NCBI RefSeq assembly: GCF_963921235.1
Contig: NC_086097.1
Location: forward strand, 195,488,001 to 195,552,000
Reading direction: 5' to 3'
Source: Mobula hypostoma
Taxonomy: Eukaryota
DNA: 64,000 nucleotides
Below the pieces are notes generated by a model, which had not been told where the DNA came from, did no database searches, and was given only the letters and a program-made list of their open reading frames with translations. Made by a program: the position numbers and the translations under genes. Numbering within the stretch: the stretch's first letter is position 1; each line of letters opens with the position of its first letter. Positions 1-12,229 of this stretch are shown one piece after another.

Positions 1-2249
1 AAGTATTAAATACACAACATCCCTCTTAATCCAAGATTTGCAGCTTGACCAGGACCCCCTAGAGGACTAACAAGCCCAGGCCTACATCCCTAATCACAGC
101 TCTGTGTAAAGAGGACTTCTTACAGGAATCCAAGAACATTGAGTCAACAGTCTATTACTCAAAACTTCTGAGAAACAACAATCCTATCACAGCCAACTTA
201 TCAAAGAGCGAAAGAAAGGTCATTCTCTTTGAATAGTGTCCCTAATAGAATAGCAAGTTGCAAACTGAAAAATATGGCATAATCCAGAGGCTCAATATTT
301 AAACAAATGGTACACTTTCCCTCTACAGGCTGAGAAACCTGTACTTAGATGCACAGTTGAAGCCTAGCTTACAAAAGCTGACTGATCCCTTTCACCAATT
401 ACTTGGAAATCTTCGTTTCCAGATATATAGCTGCAGGGAGCACCAGCATGTAGAACTGTTGCTCCATGTATACTCTTAAACGGTCCTTCTTTATGATTCT
501 CTGGTTTTCACCCCTCTCCTCCAACTCCTGGACCACACAAAAAAAAACACCTTGACAAAGAAATGAGCTGTATGCTCAGGAACAGTTGATATTTGAGATC
601 AAGTTTTACTTTTATGGCCTCTGCAGGCTTCTTGAGGATACAGCCAATTGGGTACCACTCTAAGTGGTACTGGTGATGGGCGTGGGAACATTGCGAGAAG
701 CTGGTTCTTGTCAGTGGCCCAGTCCCTTTCTTAAGGCAAGCTGTATCAACTGTTTGATACATGTTCAAAGGGATGCTTCAAAGGAGAGAGTTTTATGGGG
801 ATTTACATTATCTGTACACATTGTGAGCTCCAGCAGACTGTGTGTACAGACAAACCAACAAGGATATCAAAATCTGTACAAAGCATACAATATTGCAGGA
901 TTGTAATGATCTACATGTTAAAACTGACTTTTATCAGATGGTGGATGAAAATGTTACAACATGCAATATAGTTTGCAGCTGCTTGAATTCAATTACCAGA
1001 CGATGTCTTTGATGTTTCACGGCCAATATTCTGCTGCCTAGGAGCCTTTATAATATAAAATACACACATTAACAAACATCGCACAAACAGCACAAAATAT
1101 TACCTATGTTAAATGTCAGTTTAGGAATAAATCTCGGCCATGAAAACTGGAGAATTTCAGTTGGTGCCATGGAACCTGCAACATCTACCCGAAGGACAGA
1201 CTTAACTCTCAGGAAAAAAAATCCTCCGACACATCACCATTTCCTTAGTTTAACAAAGAACTATCAGCGTAAGTTATGTTCAGTTATTGTTGCAGATCTT
1301 GACCCCAAAAGTATTCAGTTACTTTGTTTAATATTAGCACAATTCACAATTTCATAATCTACCTGAATTATCACAAAACATTTTTTGTCACACAGTTCTA
1401 GTAATGTTAATTTTCCTTAAATGTTTTTGATGAGCTATTGCATTTCCAAAAATGAACAGATGCTTAGTCTGCAGTAAACCAGTTTATCCTTAATACCAGG
1501 GATGAAGAGAGCACTCCATTAATCCCTTAACATCTGCTGTGTCAGGATTTCTTGGCAACAACCACTTTATTACCAAACATGTTTTCACCTCTGTTGGTCT
1601 AAGAGGAAGTACCTGCACCTAAATATATCAGGTTAGGATTGTCAGAACTGACAGGACACATTCAAAATCCCAAATTCAAAGGAATCAGGCTCCATAATAC
1701 AAATCATAATAATAATCCATAATACCAGGAATCAGGCTCCATAATACAAACTAAAATTACTGAGTATTGAATAATCTCATCAATGCATTTGGGTTTACAA
1801 AATATTAATAGGCTTGTTAAGTATTGTCACTAATAAAATTACAAACTTTTTTGATAAACCATGAATTAAAAATTTTGAACAACTGCCTACTATTCTTTTT
1901 GTTGAGAACCACAAGGGCCATAGTCTCTAAATGAGTGGGCCTTGGATTTATTGCAATAGCAACTTTCAGGAGCTCCCATAATCCCCACTCAACCTCCCGC
2001 CAAAAGCATTGCAGATCGACAGGCCCACAGCAGGTGTTCACCATATGTTTCTGACTCAGTCTGGTTCTAGTTGCTGTGTTATCACTCAAACTGTTAAATT
2101 GGCACAAGGCAACCAAGTGAGTGAGGGCTAGGATTGGCATCTCCTTGGCAGTTCACAACAGTGAACTTGGGAGATTAATCTTAAGTTTCTGAATACTCCA
2201 AGACAGTCTAGCAAGATGTAAGCATTAGCTCATCCAAGATGGAACACAT

Positions 2250-2830
2250 TTATATGAGAACCTTCTTTGGTTGAGGTCGACCATAGATGTTGCATCCTAG
2301 GTGTCTGCAAGATATGCAAGCCAGGGCAGTACGATATGGAGAGCAAGCTGTTGCCCATGTAGCAGGCTCCCTCTCTCCACACAGCTGATGAATCCAAAGG
2401 AATGGCAGAAACCGATACAGTTTGGCACCAGTGGTATCGCAGGAGCTGCCAGTCAGTGTTGAACTCAACGTACAACTGCTTTAGAGACTCCAGCACCAGA
2501 TTTTTCCTCAGGGTTTACTTCCAAAGCCTTCCCCATGAGTGGGTATAGCTGCAAGGCAGCGGAGGTTTAAGATCAGAGTTTTCCTTCTCCGAGAGAGGCT
2601 GACAAGCTCCATCTGCCCAAAGCAAATGGTTTTAAGGCACAGTAACCAACCTTTGCTCCTGCTCCTGTCAGTAGAAAAGATTCTGCTGGGCTTAGTAGCT
2701 AATCCTCAAATGAAGGCCAAGAGCTGGACTTGGTTGTCAGAGGCTATTTGAGAAGCACACCACTGGGATCATTTAATAGGCAGTGGGAGCTTATTCCCAC
2801 TACCACCATCAGCTTTAACAACCTCAAGGA
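2250..2830 (-). mobile_element. RTE-clade non-autonomous element or 5'UTR-derived fragment
   Basis: The minus strand carries GGAGAAGGAAAACTCTGATCTTAAACC, resembling the conserved RTE 5'UTR motif. No ORF. Boundaries approximate. Confidence 0.5.
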
Positions 2831-3749
2831 ACCATTTATGACACACTTATTATATCAATATTTTACCAATATATTAATGTGTGGGCAAAATTATACAATA
2901 TATAATATTTATATCAAAAGAAACAAACTGATGCTTAGATAATATTTATCTCATATCCACTTTTGCAAGACTAGTTCCTTTATTTGTAATTCTTATCAAA
3001 CATCAAAATCCAATTTCTTCTTTCAAAGTTCTTTCTGTTTACCAGATAATGATTAAATGTAAGTGAAAGAACTTTGATGCAAAAACACAGACATAGTGCT
3101 AATACTATCCACTGACAAGTTGTCAGCAGAAAGAATCAGTAGAGGAAAGAATAAACTGGAAGTCTGAGATAAATTATCCATTGTAAGCAATAAGGTTGTC
3201 TTAACTTCAGTGACATATTTCCTGGAACCAATTTTCAATCCTGGGCAATACCTGTGGCCAAACCAATACTCTCAAATTTTTCATCTCAAGATACAGAGGA
3301 CTTTGACAAATATCTATTCCTCATTTTTTTCAGTTCTCTAGGATCATGGCATATATCCATCGTGTGAATGTTATATGTATAAATCTGACAGCTAAATGAT
3401 CTGTGATTCATTTGAGTTGCTTCAGCTTGTCAACATAAGACTGTTAATAGTTATCTTCTAACAGGTTGCTAATAATGGCATGCAGTGTTAGAATGTTCAA
3501 CAAAGTGTAAGGAAACAAAAGATGCAGACCATCATGGCAGAGAGTAAAATATGAGATTTGAGCTACCAGAGAACTTGCGTACAGGATTGTGATCATAGAC
3601 CTAGCATCACAGACTATCTGCTAATAGAATGAGGATGTCTTTTTGTGAAGGTAGCTATTTGAATTATTAACAAGTGCCTATCAGTAACACCAAGGATATT
3701 AGTGAATAGAGAGAAAAAGTGTCACTCATCTTTTTTTTGCACTCAAAAT

Positions 3750-4093
3750 GATGTTAAGAAGCTCTTGAACCAGAGGGGATAACATCATTCAATCTCATTC
3801 ACCCCAATGCTGAACTGTTCCCACAAACTACCAAGGACTTTCAAGGACCCTTACTCTCGTGTTCTTAATATTTATTGCTTATTTATTTATTTATTTATTA
3901 TTTTCTCCTTTTTGTACTTGTACAGTTTGTTGTCTATAGCACATTGTTTGTCCATCTTGTTGTGTGCAGTCTTTCGTTGATTTTATTGTGTTTCTTTATA
4001 GTTACTGTGAATGCCCACAAGAAAATAAATCTCAGGGTTGAAAATGCTGACATATATTGAGTTTGATAATAAATTTACTTTGTAGTTTGAACT
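3750..4093 (+). mobile_element. Rex1/Babar-like LINE 3' end fragment
   Basis: T-rich 3'UTR ending TTTGATAATAAATTTACTTTG..TTTGAAC. A closely similar copy lies at about 33040-33385. Confidence 0.55.
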
Positions 4094-4194
4094 ATGAAAA
4101 ATGTAATCAGTGATTATCTTCATAAATCAGTGATATCTACTTTAGTAACCCCAAAAGTTGCACATCAAAGAAGCAAGTATGTGCAATAAGTGAT

Positions 4195-5100
4195 GAGCCA
4201 TAGGAGCAAAATTAAACTATTTGGCCAATCAAGTCTATTCTGCCATTCCATCATAGCTGATTTATTATCCCCCTGTCTGCTCCTCATAACCTTTGACACC
4301 CTATTGATCAAGAACCTATTGACCTCCACTTTAAACATATTCAGCGGTTTGGCCTCCTCAGCCTATCTATGACAATGAATTCCACAGAATCACCACCCTC
4401 TGGCTAAAGAAATTCCTCCTCATCTCTGTTCTCAATGAATGTCCCTCTGTTCTGAGGCTGTGCCCTCCAGTCCTAGACTCACCAACTCTGAGAAACATCC
4501 TCTCCACGCCCACTCTATCTAGTCTTTACAATATTCAATAGTTTTCAATGAGAACCCCCTTCATTCCTCTAAACTCCAGTGAGTACAGGCCCAGAGCCAT
4601 TAATATGTTAACCCTATCATTCTCGAGATTATTTTTGTGAACATCCTCTGGACCCTCTCCAATGCCAGTACATCCTTTCTTAGATAAGGAGACCAAAACT
4701 GCTCACAATACTCCAACTGTGGTCTGACCAATGCCTTCTAAAGCCTTAGCATTACATCCTTGCTTTTATATTCCAGTCCTCTCCAAATCAATTCTCACAT
4801 TGCATTTGTCTTCCTTACCACTGACTCAACCTGCAAGTTAACTTTTTGGAAGTTCTGCATGAGGACTCACAAGTCCCTTTGCAATTCTGATTTCTGAACT
4901 TGCTCTCCATTTAGGAAATAGTCTACGCCTTTATTTCTCCTACCAAAGTGCATGACTATACATTTCCCTGCACCGTATTCCATCTGCCATTTCTTTGCTT
5001 ATTTGTCTGTCTAAGTCCTTCTGCAAGCTCCCTGCTTCCTTGGTTTTACCTGAGCCTCCATCTGCTTTGTATTGTCCACAAACCTGGCATAAGCCATCAC
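4195..5100 (-). mobile_element. CR1 LINE 3' fragment, degraded
   Basis: Reverse complement of the CR1 ORF2 C-terminus and 3'UTR seen at 27611-28715 (e.g. AACTGCTCACAATACTCCAA, CCACAGAATCACCACCCTCTGG). Confidence 0.8.
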
Positions 5101-6224
5101 TGTTAGGTTGATGTCTGGCCAAGTAGGTGGCATCTATTCTCACAAGAAAATATGTCAGTAAGTGCCTTGCAATCTGCGCAGGTGATATGGGTTAACCGGC
5201 AGTGAATGGAAGCTATGAAATGTAGTTGCAGGCTTAGTAAGTGGATTGGGCATATGGATTTTAAGTAGAAGTCCTAATTGCTTTTGGTTGCAGCATTTAC
5301 AACTATTATCAGCCAGAAGTGATAGAAATACAATGCATCTCAGTCATATCCACAGATCTCTGCATAACATGGAAGTCAGTCTTTAGCCAATTCAAAACAA
5401 AATTTGCCAAAGGACACTCAGATATTGCTGAATACTTGCTTGGATTCAGTGCTGCAGAACTATCCATTATTTTAGTCAGACTGTACAACTCCAATAACAG
5501 CATAGGTACATACCAAACAAGGTACCTCCAGCCAGAATAATTAAGATAAATCCAACTACCATCTACTTTCTCTGGTTAGCAAAGCAAAAGAAGGTGTCAA
5601 AGGCCTATCTCAGAACAATTATTTCAAATTGTCTGGAAATTAGTAGGGACTACGTAGCCTTAGATCTCACAAATATGAAAATGGGAGCTAAATACTGGAG
5701 CTGAGGTAGCACTTACTGCCATTGACAGGGTAGCATTTGACAAATGTTGCCAACGATGAGTCCTGGTAAAACTGAAGCCAGTGAGAATCATGGAAAGATT
5801 CTCAATTGGCTGAAGTATTAGCCTGCATAAAAGAAAATAGTTGCGGAAATTGGAGGCTAATTTCTCACCTAGACAAATCTGTTCCATTCACAGCAGCCCA
5901 CATAATGAACCAGGCTGTGCACCCATGGTGCAGGATAACATTCAGGGTTTGGAGTAAGAGGTGGAATGCATCATAGCTGCTAAATTATCAGACAGGTCAT
6001 CTCCTACAAAAGAGAGTTAATCATCTCCCTTTGACATTCAATTGCTATAGCTTTGCCAAATATACCATCACTAGCTTTCTAGGTGCTACTTTGACCAAAG
6101 GTTTAACCGAACCTGCCACATAACTACCAAAAGAATCTGCCAGAAGATGTATATTTTTTTTAATTCCCTAAAACCAAAATATCATCGAAGAGGTAGAAGT
6201 CGGGAATGTGATGGGTTACATAAC

Positions 6225-7490
6225 TGTTATGGTCCGGTTTGTGAAGTCCGCATTCTGGTTCACGGTCAGGTCCATGGACTCAGGACTCCGGGTCTTCCAG
6301 CTGTCCCTTGTTTTGGTTGAGTTAATCATAGGCACCTGATTCCCATCTTGGGGCTTGGAATATAAGTAGCCTTGGGGTTGTGTGTGGGCTGCTGGTTTGT
6401 CTTGTCAAGATCCCCTGGGAGCAACCTGCTGCTGGAAGGCTGGAGTGGCCACTTGTCAGCTTTAGGCTGTGTTGGAGAACCATTGCTTCATGGAGCCTTG
6501 CTGTTGGTAGTTGGAGCTGTCTTTGTGGTATGGATTTGGCTGTTTCCTGGGCCAGTTGAGTGGCTGCCAGCCTCTCTGAGCTAGGTAGGGATCCAGCTGT
6601 TTCTGTAGCCGGCTGAGGTTGCTAGCCAAACTGAGACATGGAGCTATCCCCGAAGCAGAGATAGAACTGTCTGTTCTTTGGTGTTTGTCTCTCCTTGTCC
6701 TCGCCTCTGTGGGGTAAGCCAGGCTGTTCTTGCCATTGCCCTGCAGGGGGATCTGTCTTGTCTTGTCAATGCCTCTGGGGTAAGCCAGGCTGTTTTGCTG
6801 TTGCCCTGCAGGGGGATCTGTCTTGTCCTCGCCTCCGTGGGGTAAGTCAGGCTGTTTTGCTGTTGCCCTGTGGGGGGGATCTGTCTTGTCTTGTCTTTGC
6901 CTCTTTTGGGTAAGTCTGGCCGTTCTGCCATTACCCAACAGGTGGATCTGTCCCAGCTTGGTGTGGAGATAAAGTTGAGTCCTGGCTTGTCTATGGATGA
7001 GTCCCAGCTCTATGTCTATGTACTGTCCAGTCTCATGTTAGTGTCGAGTTAAAGATGAGTCCTGGCTTTTCGAAGGATAAGTCTCGGCTCTCTGTTGATG
7101 TACACTTCCCAGTCTATCTCTGAGCTCCAGCCTCCGAGTTATCAGCCTCCACATTTCAAGACCCCAGCTCCCAGCCTGCAGCCTCAAGACCCCAGCTTGT
7201 CCTGTCTGGTAGCCATGTTATGTCCTTGCCTAGTTCTGAGGTCCGAGCCCAATGCAAGACCCAGGTCCTGGGTCCTTGTCCTGTCTCTGGCTCGGAGTCC
7301 AAGCACAGGCTCCTCGTTCATAGTTCCTTGTCCGGGTTCCCTGTGTCTAGTCCATGTTCTAGCCCAAGTCGCGTTCTTGTCCCTGCTCCTTGTTTGTATC
7401 CTGTCACATCCCTACTCTACTCAAATCCTGATCCTTGTACTTCAGTGTCTGTCTTGCATTTGGGTCGTTACCAGTGCCTCCACTGTGACA
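6225..7490 (+). mobile_element. Solo-LTR-like element, about 1.27 kb, with internal tandem repeats
   Basis: Termini TGTTAT...GTGACA. Both ends are homologous to the ends of the inverted copy at 14782-21261. The flanking 5-mers ATAAC and ATTCC match only 3 of 5 positions. Strand is nominal. Confidence 0.7.
6690..6952. repeat. About 65-bp tandem repeat, about 4 units, inside the LTR-like element
   Basis: Repeated GGGGTAAGCCAGGCTGTT..TGCCCTGCAGGGGGATCTGTCTTGTC. It explains the repetitive ORFs 6462-6938 and 6644-6931. Confidence 0.85.
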
Positions 7491-9230
7491 ATTCCATTGT
7501 CTGGATGAGTGCAGTTCTAACAGTACTTCCTTCTCAATTATTCTGTGCCTACAGCTTGTTCAAAAAAAATCCACTCTAGCATCTCCTTGCACCTCACTAG
7601 GACTTCATTAACAACATTTGCAAGGATGGACTTCCACTTCATTCAAGGTCATAGGCCGCAGGAACAAAGGAACATAATGGCTTACGATTTCTGCTCAAAG
7701 TTATTTACACTGCTGGTGTGGAAATAATGACCATTCATCTATCACTGCAGGGTCAAAATCCTGATACTCCTCAGTAACAATACTGTGGTAGAACCTTCAA
7801 GAAAGAGGGCAAAGGGTTTCAATAGAATTATTCGCCACCACCTTCTCAAGGGCAGCTACAGCTTGGCAATAAATGCTGATCTCACAAGTGGCTGGGAGAC
7901 TAATGGTAACAAACTGAAACTTCTACATCTGTGCACCAGAAATTATGTCAAATTGTAGTCCAGTAGTATCCAGAGTCTCATGAGTGCATGCAGTACTTAA
8001 TGAGAAGGATAGCATGCAGATACTTGGTGTTTACACGATAGCATATTCTCTTGCCTACACAAAACAATAATGCAGCACATTTCTCCAGTACTGATTGAAA
8101 GGTTATTACGCATATGGCTCTACCTAAACATGTTTACTCAAACATAGCATTCTTTCTGGCATTTAAAATTCAGGTTTGTGATTCATTCAAAGCCAGATGT
8201 CCATATGGTAATTGTTGCGCTTTTATTGTTAATTGCCTGAACAATTAATGAAGCAAAATAGAATTATATAAAATGTTTGTATGCTATTTGGTTAAATCTA
8301 TTTAATTATAATTATAATTTTGCATATATTTATTCTTAATCTAGTCCTTCATAATTGACTTAACAAAGTTATAATTACAGGATTGACAATATTAGTTACT
8401 CGGTATTTTGCATACACCTCTAATTATTCTAAAAGATGCAACTAACATCTGGAAATAGAATTAGTAACAGCCAACAGCTCAGTATAGTTGTGGAGCTAGG
8501 CTTTATAGAAAGCAGTCTCATACTCCAAAAATTTGGTTAAGTACTTGGATGTGAGGAATATGGAGAGCTATAATTTTGGTGCAGGTCCATGGGACTAGGC
8601 AGAATAATACTTCAGCATGAACTAGATGGGCCAATTGGCCTGTTTCAGTGCTGTAGAGTTCTAAGACTCTGAGTGGTTGAAAGTGAGAAGGAAACTTTAA
8701 ATGATAAAGTAGTCTGGTCAATTGTATAGAAAGTGGAAAGAGAATTCAGTTCAGGAAATACACAATAAATGGCAGAATGTTGGGTAGTGTGAAATAAGTT
8801 TGGAGTTACATGCAAGATATCAAGACAAGAAGGTTTATAAGATGCAGTACATGGATGATTTCCCTCATTGACCAATCCCCTATTAACCAAGCAAGAAAGT
8901 TATGCCTCAACTGTAACGATTAATGGAATTAGACCTTTTTATATCAATCAGCATTTTCTTTGAACATAAAATGTCAATAACATCAGATAAATGAAGGAGA
9001 TACACCTGAGACATACTTTTGACATGCACGTGCTGAGCTCAGCCCAAGGGTTCGTTACCTGTGCAGCCAAGTATTTCAATAATGTTTCAATAATAATTTC
9101 AATAATGTCAAAGAGGAATTTAAATTGTTAGTTTCTCTGTCACTACTAATTAGAACTATTAATTACAGTTATTAAATTATTGTCATTACAACAGTCTGTC
9201 CTTTTAAAAACAGGTAATTTGTAAATAAGT

Positions 9231-10999
9231 TGTGTACATACATCTACTGATGCTTCTGGACACATCTTCAGTGATATTCCTGGAATCATCGGGTGTTTCA
9301 GGTCTTTCAACATCATACAACCTCCTCCAGGTGACCCAGCCGGGGCTGATCAGACCCCAGCTTGTGTCCAGATGGCTAGCTACTTATGACTCCATGGCTC
9401 CCCTCTTTTGAGCCACAGCCATGTTGAGGCCCTCTCTGCAGCATCGGTGGTACTGCAGATGGCTCTCCTCTTCCTCTCTCCCTCGATGCACAAAATGCTG
9501 AAGGCTCTAACTAAAGAACGGGCTACGAATCCCCTACAATCACTCTCCACTGGGAGACACCTCGCTCTCCATCCAGCCTGCTGACAGTTGCTGACCAGTC
9601 CTGCGTACTTGGAGAGCTTCCCTTCAAAGGCCTCCTCCAAGCTATCTTCCCATGGGACTGTCAGCTCCAGCAGCACCACTTGCTTAGTTGACTCGGACAC
9701 TAGGACAATGTCTGGTCACAGGGTGGTGGCTGCGATACGGTTGGGAAACTTCAGCTGCTGTTCGAGGTCCACCAACAGCTGCCAGTCCCTTGCAGAGGTC
9801 AGAATGCCTGCAGATGTTCTTTTGGCAGGTATTGGCTGCTCCCCAGCTCTGACAAAGGCAATGGTCTGCTTGGAGGGTCAGGGCCGCTTCGCCCACTCAA
9901 CTCCTGCGCTGACGGCTTCAGCGATGGTCTTCAGGACCTGATCATGCCTCCACCTGTACCGTCCCTCACCAAGTGCCCTTGCACAGCCGCTGAGGATGTG
10001 CTCCAGAGTTCCTCGCTTGGAGCACAGTGGGCACACAGATGACTCTGCCTCACCCCATGTGTGCAGGTTTGATGGGCTTGGAAGCACATCGTACACTGCC
10101 TGGATGAGAAATTGGATGTGGTGTGGTTCGGCTTTCCAAAGATCAGCCCAGGTCACTTTCCTCTCAACCACATTCTCCCATCTTGTCCAAGCTCCCTGTT
10201 GCTTCATTCCCACTGCCTTGCAGGCTCTCGTCTCCTCCACTACTGCTCTCACCTCCTCCTGAACTAGACGACGCCTTTCCTTCCCTCTGGTGTCCATTTG
10301 GGGAGTTGGAAAGGATCCTAGCCCAGCTCGGCCTCGTGTGACCACTCCCACCAGCCTCCTGTGACGCAGCCTCGCCTCTGCTTCCTGAACAGCTTCCTCT
10401 GCCCTCCACTTCCTGCCAGTACTTACTTGGATCCCTGCTCTAGCCACCTTCGGGTCACTTGAGTCCCTATACTGTATCACTTCTCTGGCTGTTGTTACCT
10501 TGAATTCTTCCTCCAAGGACTTGAAGGGCAGTTGCAGTTTGTTGTGGTGTCCATAGAGTGTGATGCTGCTCGGGCTCTTTGGCAGCCCCAGCCATGCCTG
10601 AGAGGGTTGCTAACCCTCCTCTCTAAGGTTTCGACTGTCGAGATCAGAACTGCATAGACAAGGAGGGGCCACAGGATTCTGGAAGAATGCCATGCTGATA
10701 TACCCAGGCTTTAAACTTCCCAGGTAGGCCAGACTTGTCCACAGATTTCAACCAGCCATCCAACTGGGTGCAAGTCGCCTGAATGGATGTCGTGTCCCAT
10801 AAAGAGCTGTCAAAAACTTTGCCTAAGCTCTTGACTGCCTTTTCTGTGATGGTGGGGATGGCTGTGCCTGCAATGCTGAACCGGAACTTGTTCTCCACCT
10901 TCCCTTTCCTCAGAACCATCGATCTTGATTTGGCAAGTTTGAAATGCATCCGGGCCCACTCCACCAGCTTTTCGAGTCCTTGCAGAATCCACTGGCATT
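9231..10999 (-). mobile_element. 5'-truncated R2-superfamily (HERO-like) non-LTR retrotransposon: RT C-terminus, CCHC finger and restriction-like endonuclease, frameshifted
   Basis: ORFs 10644-10964, 9878-10516 (CPLCSKRGTLEHILSGC, YRWRHDQVL) and 9380-9700 (preceded by *PDIVLVS, then LLELTVPWE). TAAATAAGT is duplicated at 9222-9230 and 11000-11008. Confidence 0.9.
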
Positions 11000-11199
11000 T
11001 AAATAAGTAAACATTTGGCTGGTTTGCTTAAAACCTTAATTTCCTCCTTTAGCATGTGAAGTTATTGACCTGGTTTAATCAGTATTGGCACTACTTCAGA
11101 ACACCTAAACTAATGGAAAATAAGGTAAAGTCAGTGAAAGTGGGGAGAGGCTATGAGGGAGGAAGTGTAGTGAGCTTGTTATATCATACACATTACCGT

Positions 11200-11490
11200 A
11201 TGGTAACATTGCAATTAGAGCAACACTTTACAGCTCCAGCTGTAAGATCAGAGTTTGATTCTTGCTGATGCTTGCAAGGAATTTCTACGTTCTCCATGTG
11301 ATTGTATGGGTTTCCTCTGGGTGCTCCATTTTTCACCCACACTTCAAAGACATACAGGTTAGGGTTAGTGAGTTGCTGACGTGCTATGTTGGCACCGCAA
11401 GCTTGGCGACACTTGCAGACTGTCCAGTAAAATCCTCCTCGCTAATCTGATTTTACCCAAATGACACATGTGACAAATAAAGATAACTTG
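11200..11490 (+). mobile_element. V-SINE (HE1-like) tRNA-derived SINE
   Basis: V-domain-like core GTATGGGTTTCCTCTGGGTGCTCCATTTTTCACCCACAC after a decayed tRNA-like head. Confidence 0.7.
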
Positions 11491-11549
11491 ATTATTAATC
11501 ATTACAATATCCACTGTACAAGTTATCACTACCAAATCATAAAGTAGGA

Positions 11550-11990
11550 GAGCAAGAACTGTATTTATTGAGAGCCTTCTGTATCTTCATGAGCCAATAC
11601 TTTTGTGGTTGCTTAGTTCATTTTTGAAGTATAATTACTAGAAGTAAATAAGAATGAAATTGATAATTCGTTAATTTGGAGGAGAGGGTAGGGTTAGCAG
11701 ATAAATGTTAGTCAGGACACTCGAAGAATCTTCTACTTCTTTCATGGGATCTTCAACCTCCTCCTTAAATCGTATTTATATAGTGCAATTCAATTCTTAC
11801 ATCTGCATTTGGAAAGTAGTGAGTCAATTATCGAAGTCAGACATGTGCAGCTCCTCATTTTAGCATATTATCAGAAATCCAGTAATCCTTCAGCCCTGCA
11901 GCAGAATCTCAGATGAGATTATGTGCTAATTCTGCAGTGGGATCATGGCTTCAAACTCGGAACATGAAAGCGAAAGAAGTAGAGTCTAGA
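11550..11990 (-). mobile_element. Ancient Deu-domain SINE (SacSINE1/AmnSINE1-like), degraded
   Basis: GATAAATGTTAGTCAGGACAC..CATGGGATCTT and GATTATGTGCT..GTGGGA resemble the antisense Deu-SINE consensus as I recall it. Confidence 0.45.
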
Positions 11991-12229
11991 GGAACTAGAT
12001 ATTGTGGATGACTCATTTCTTTCTGCGCTTTCTATTGAATGAAATCATGAAAGGCACTAATAAATGTAAATTATTACTGTTGTTGATACTGTTACTACCT
12101 ACAAGAATAATAAAGAAAAAGTTTAAACTAGTTTTAATCGGTTCAGTAACATTAGTTCAGTAAACTAAAATGAGTAAAAGTATAGTGGATATTTTAGAAT
12201 TAGTCTAAAAACCAAAAAGCAACTCAGCA

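Larger units (their letters stand above)
5370..7880 (+). mobile_element. Old CR1/L2-group LINE remnant split by an LTR-like element at 6225-7490
   Basis: Decayed RT-like sequence near 5700-5820. The LINE appears continuous across the insert (..GGGAATGTGATGGG / ATTCCATTGTCTGGATGAGTGCAG..). Its 3' part resembles 60230-60880 and 47040-47190. Confidence 0.5.

Noticed and set aside
6462..6938. 158-aa repetitive ORF and overlapping ORFs
   Set aside because: They are products of the 65-bp tandem array in the LTR-like element and show no domain signature.
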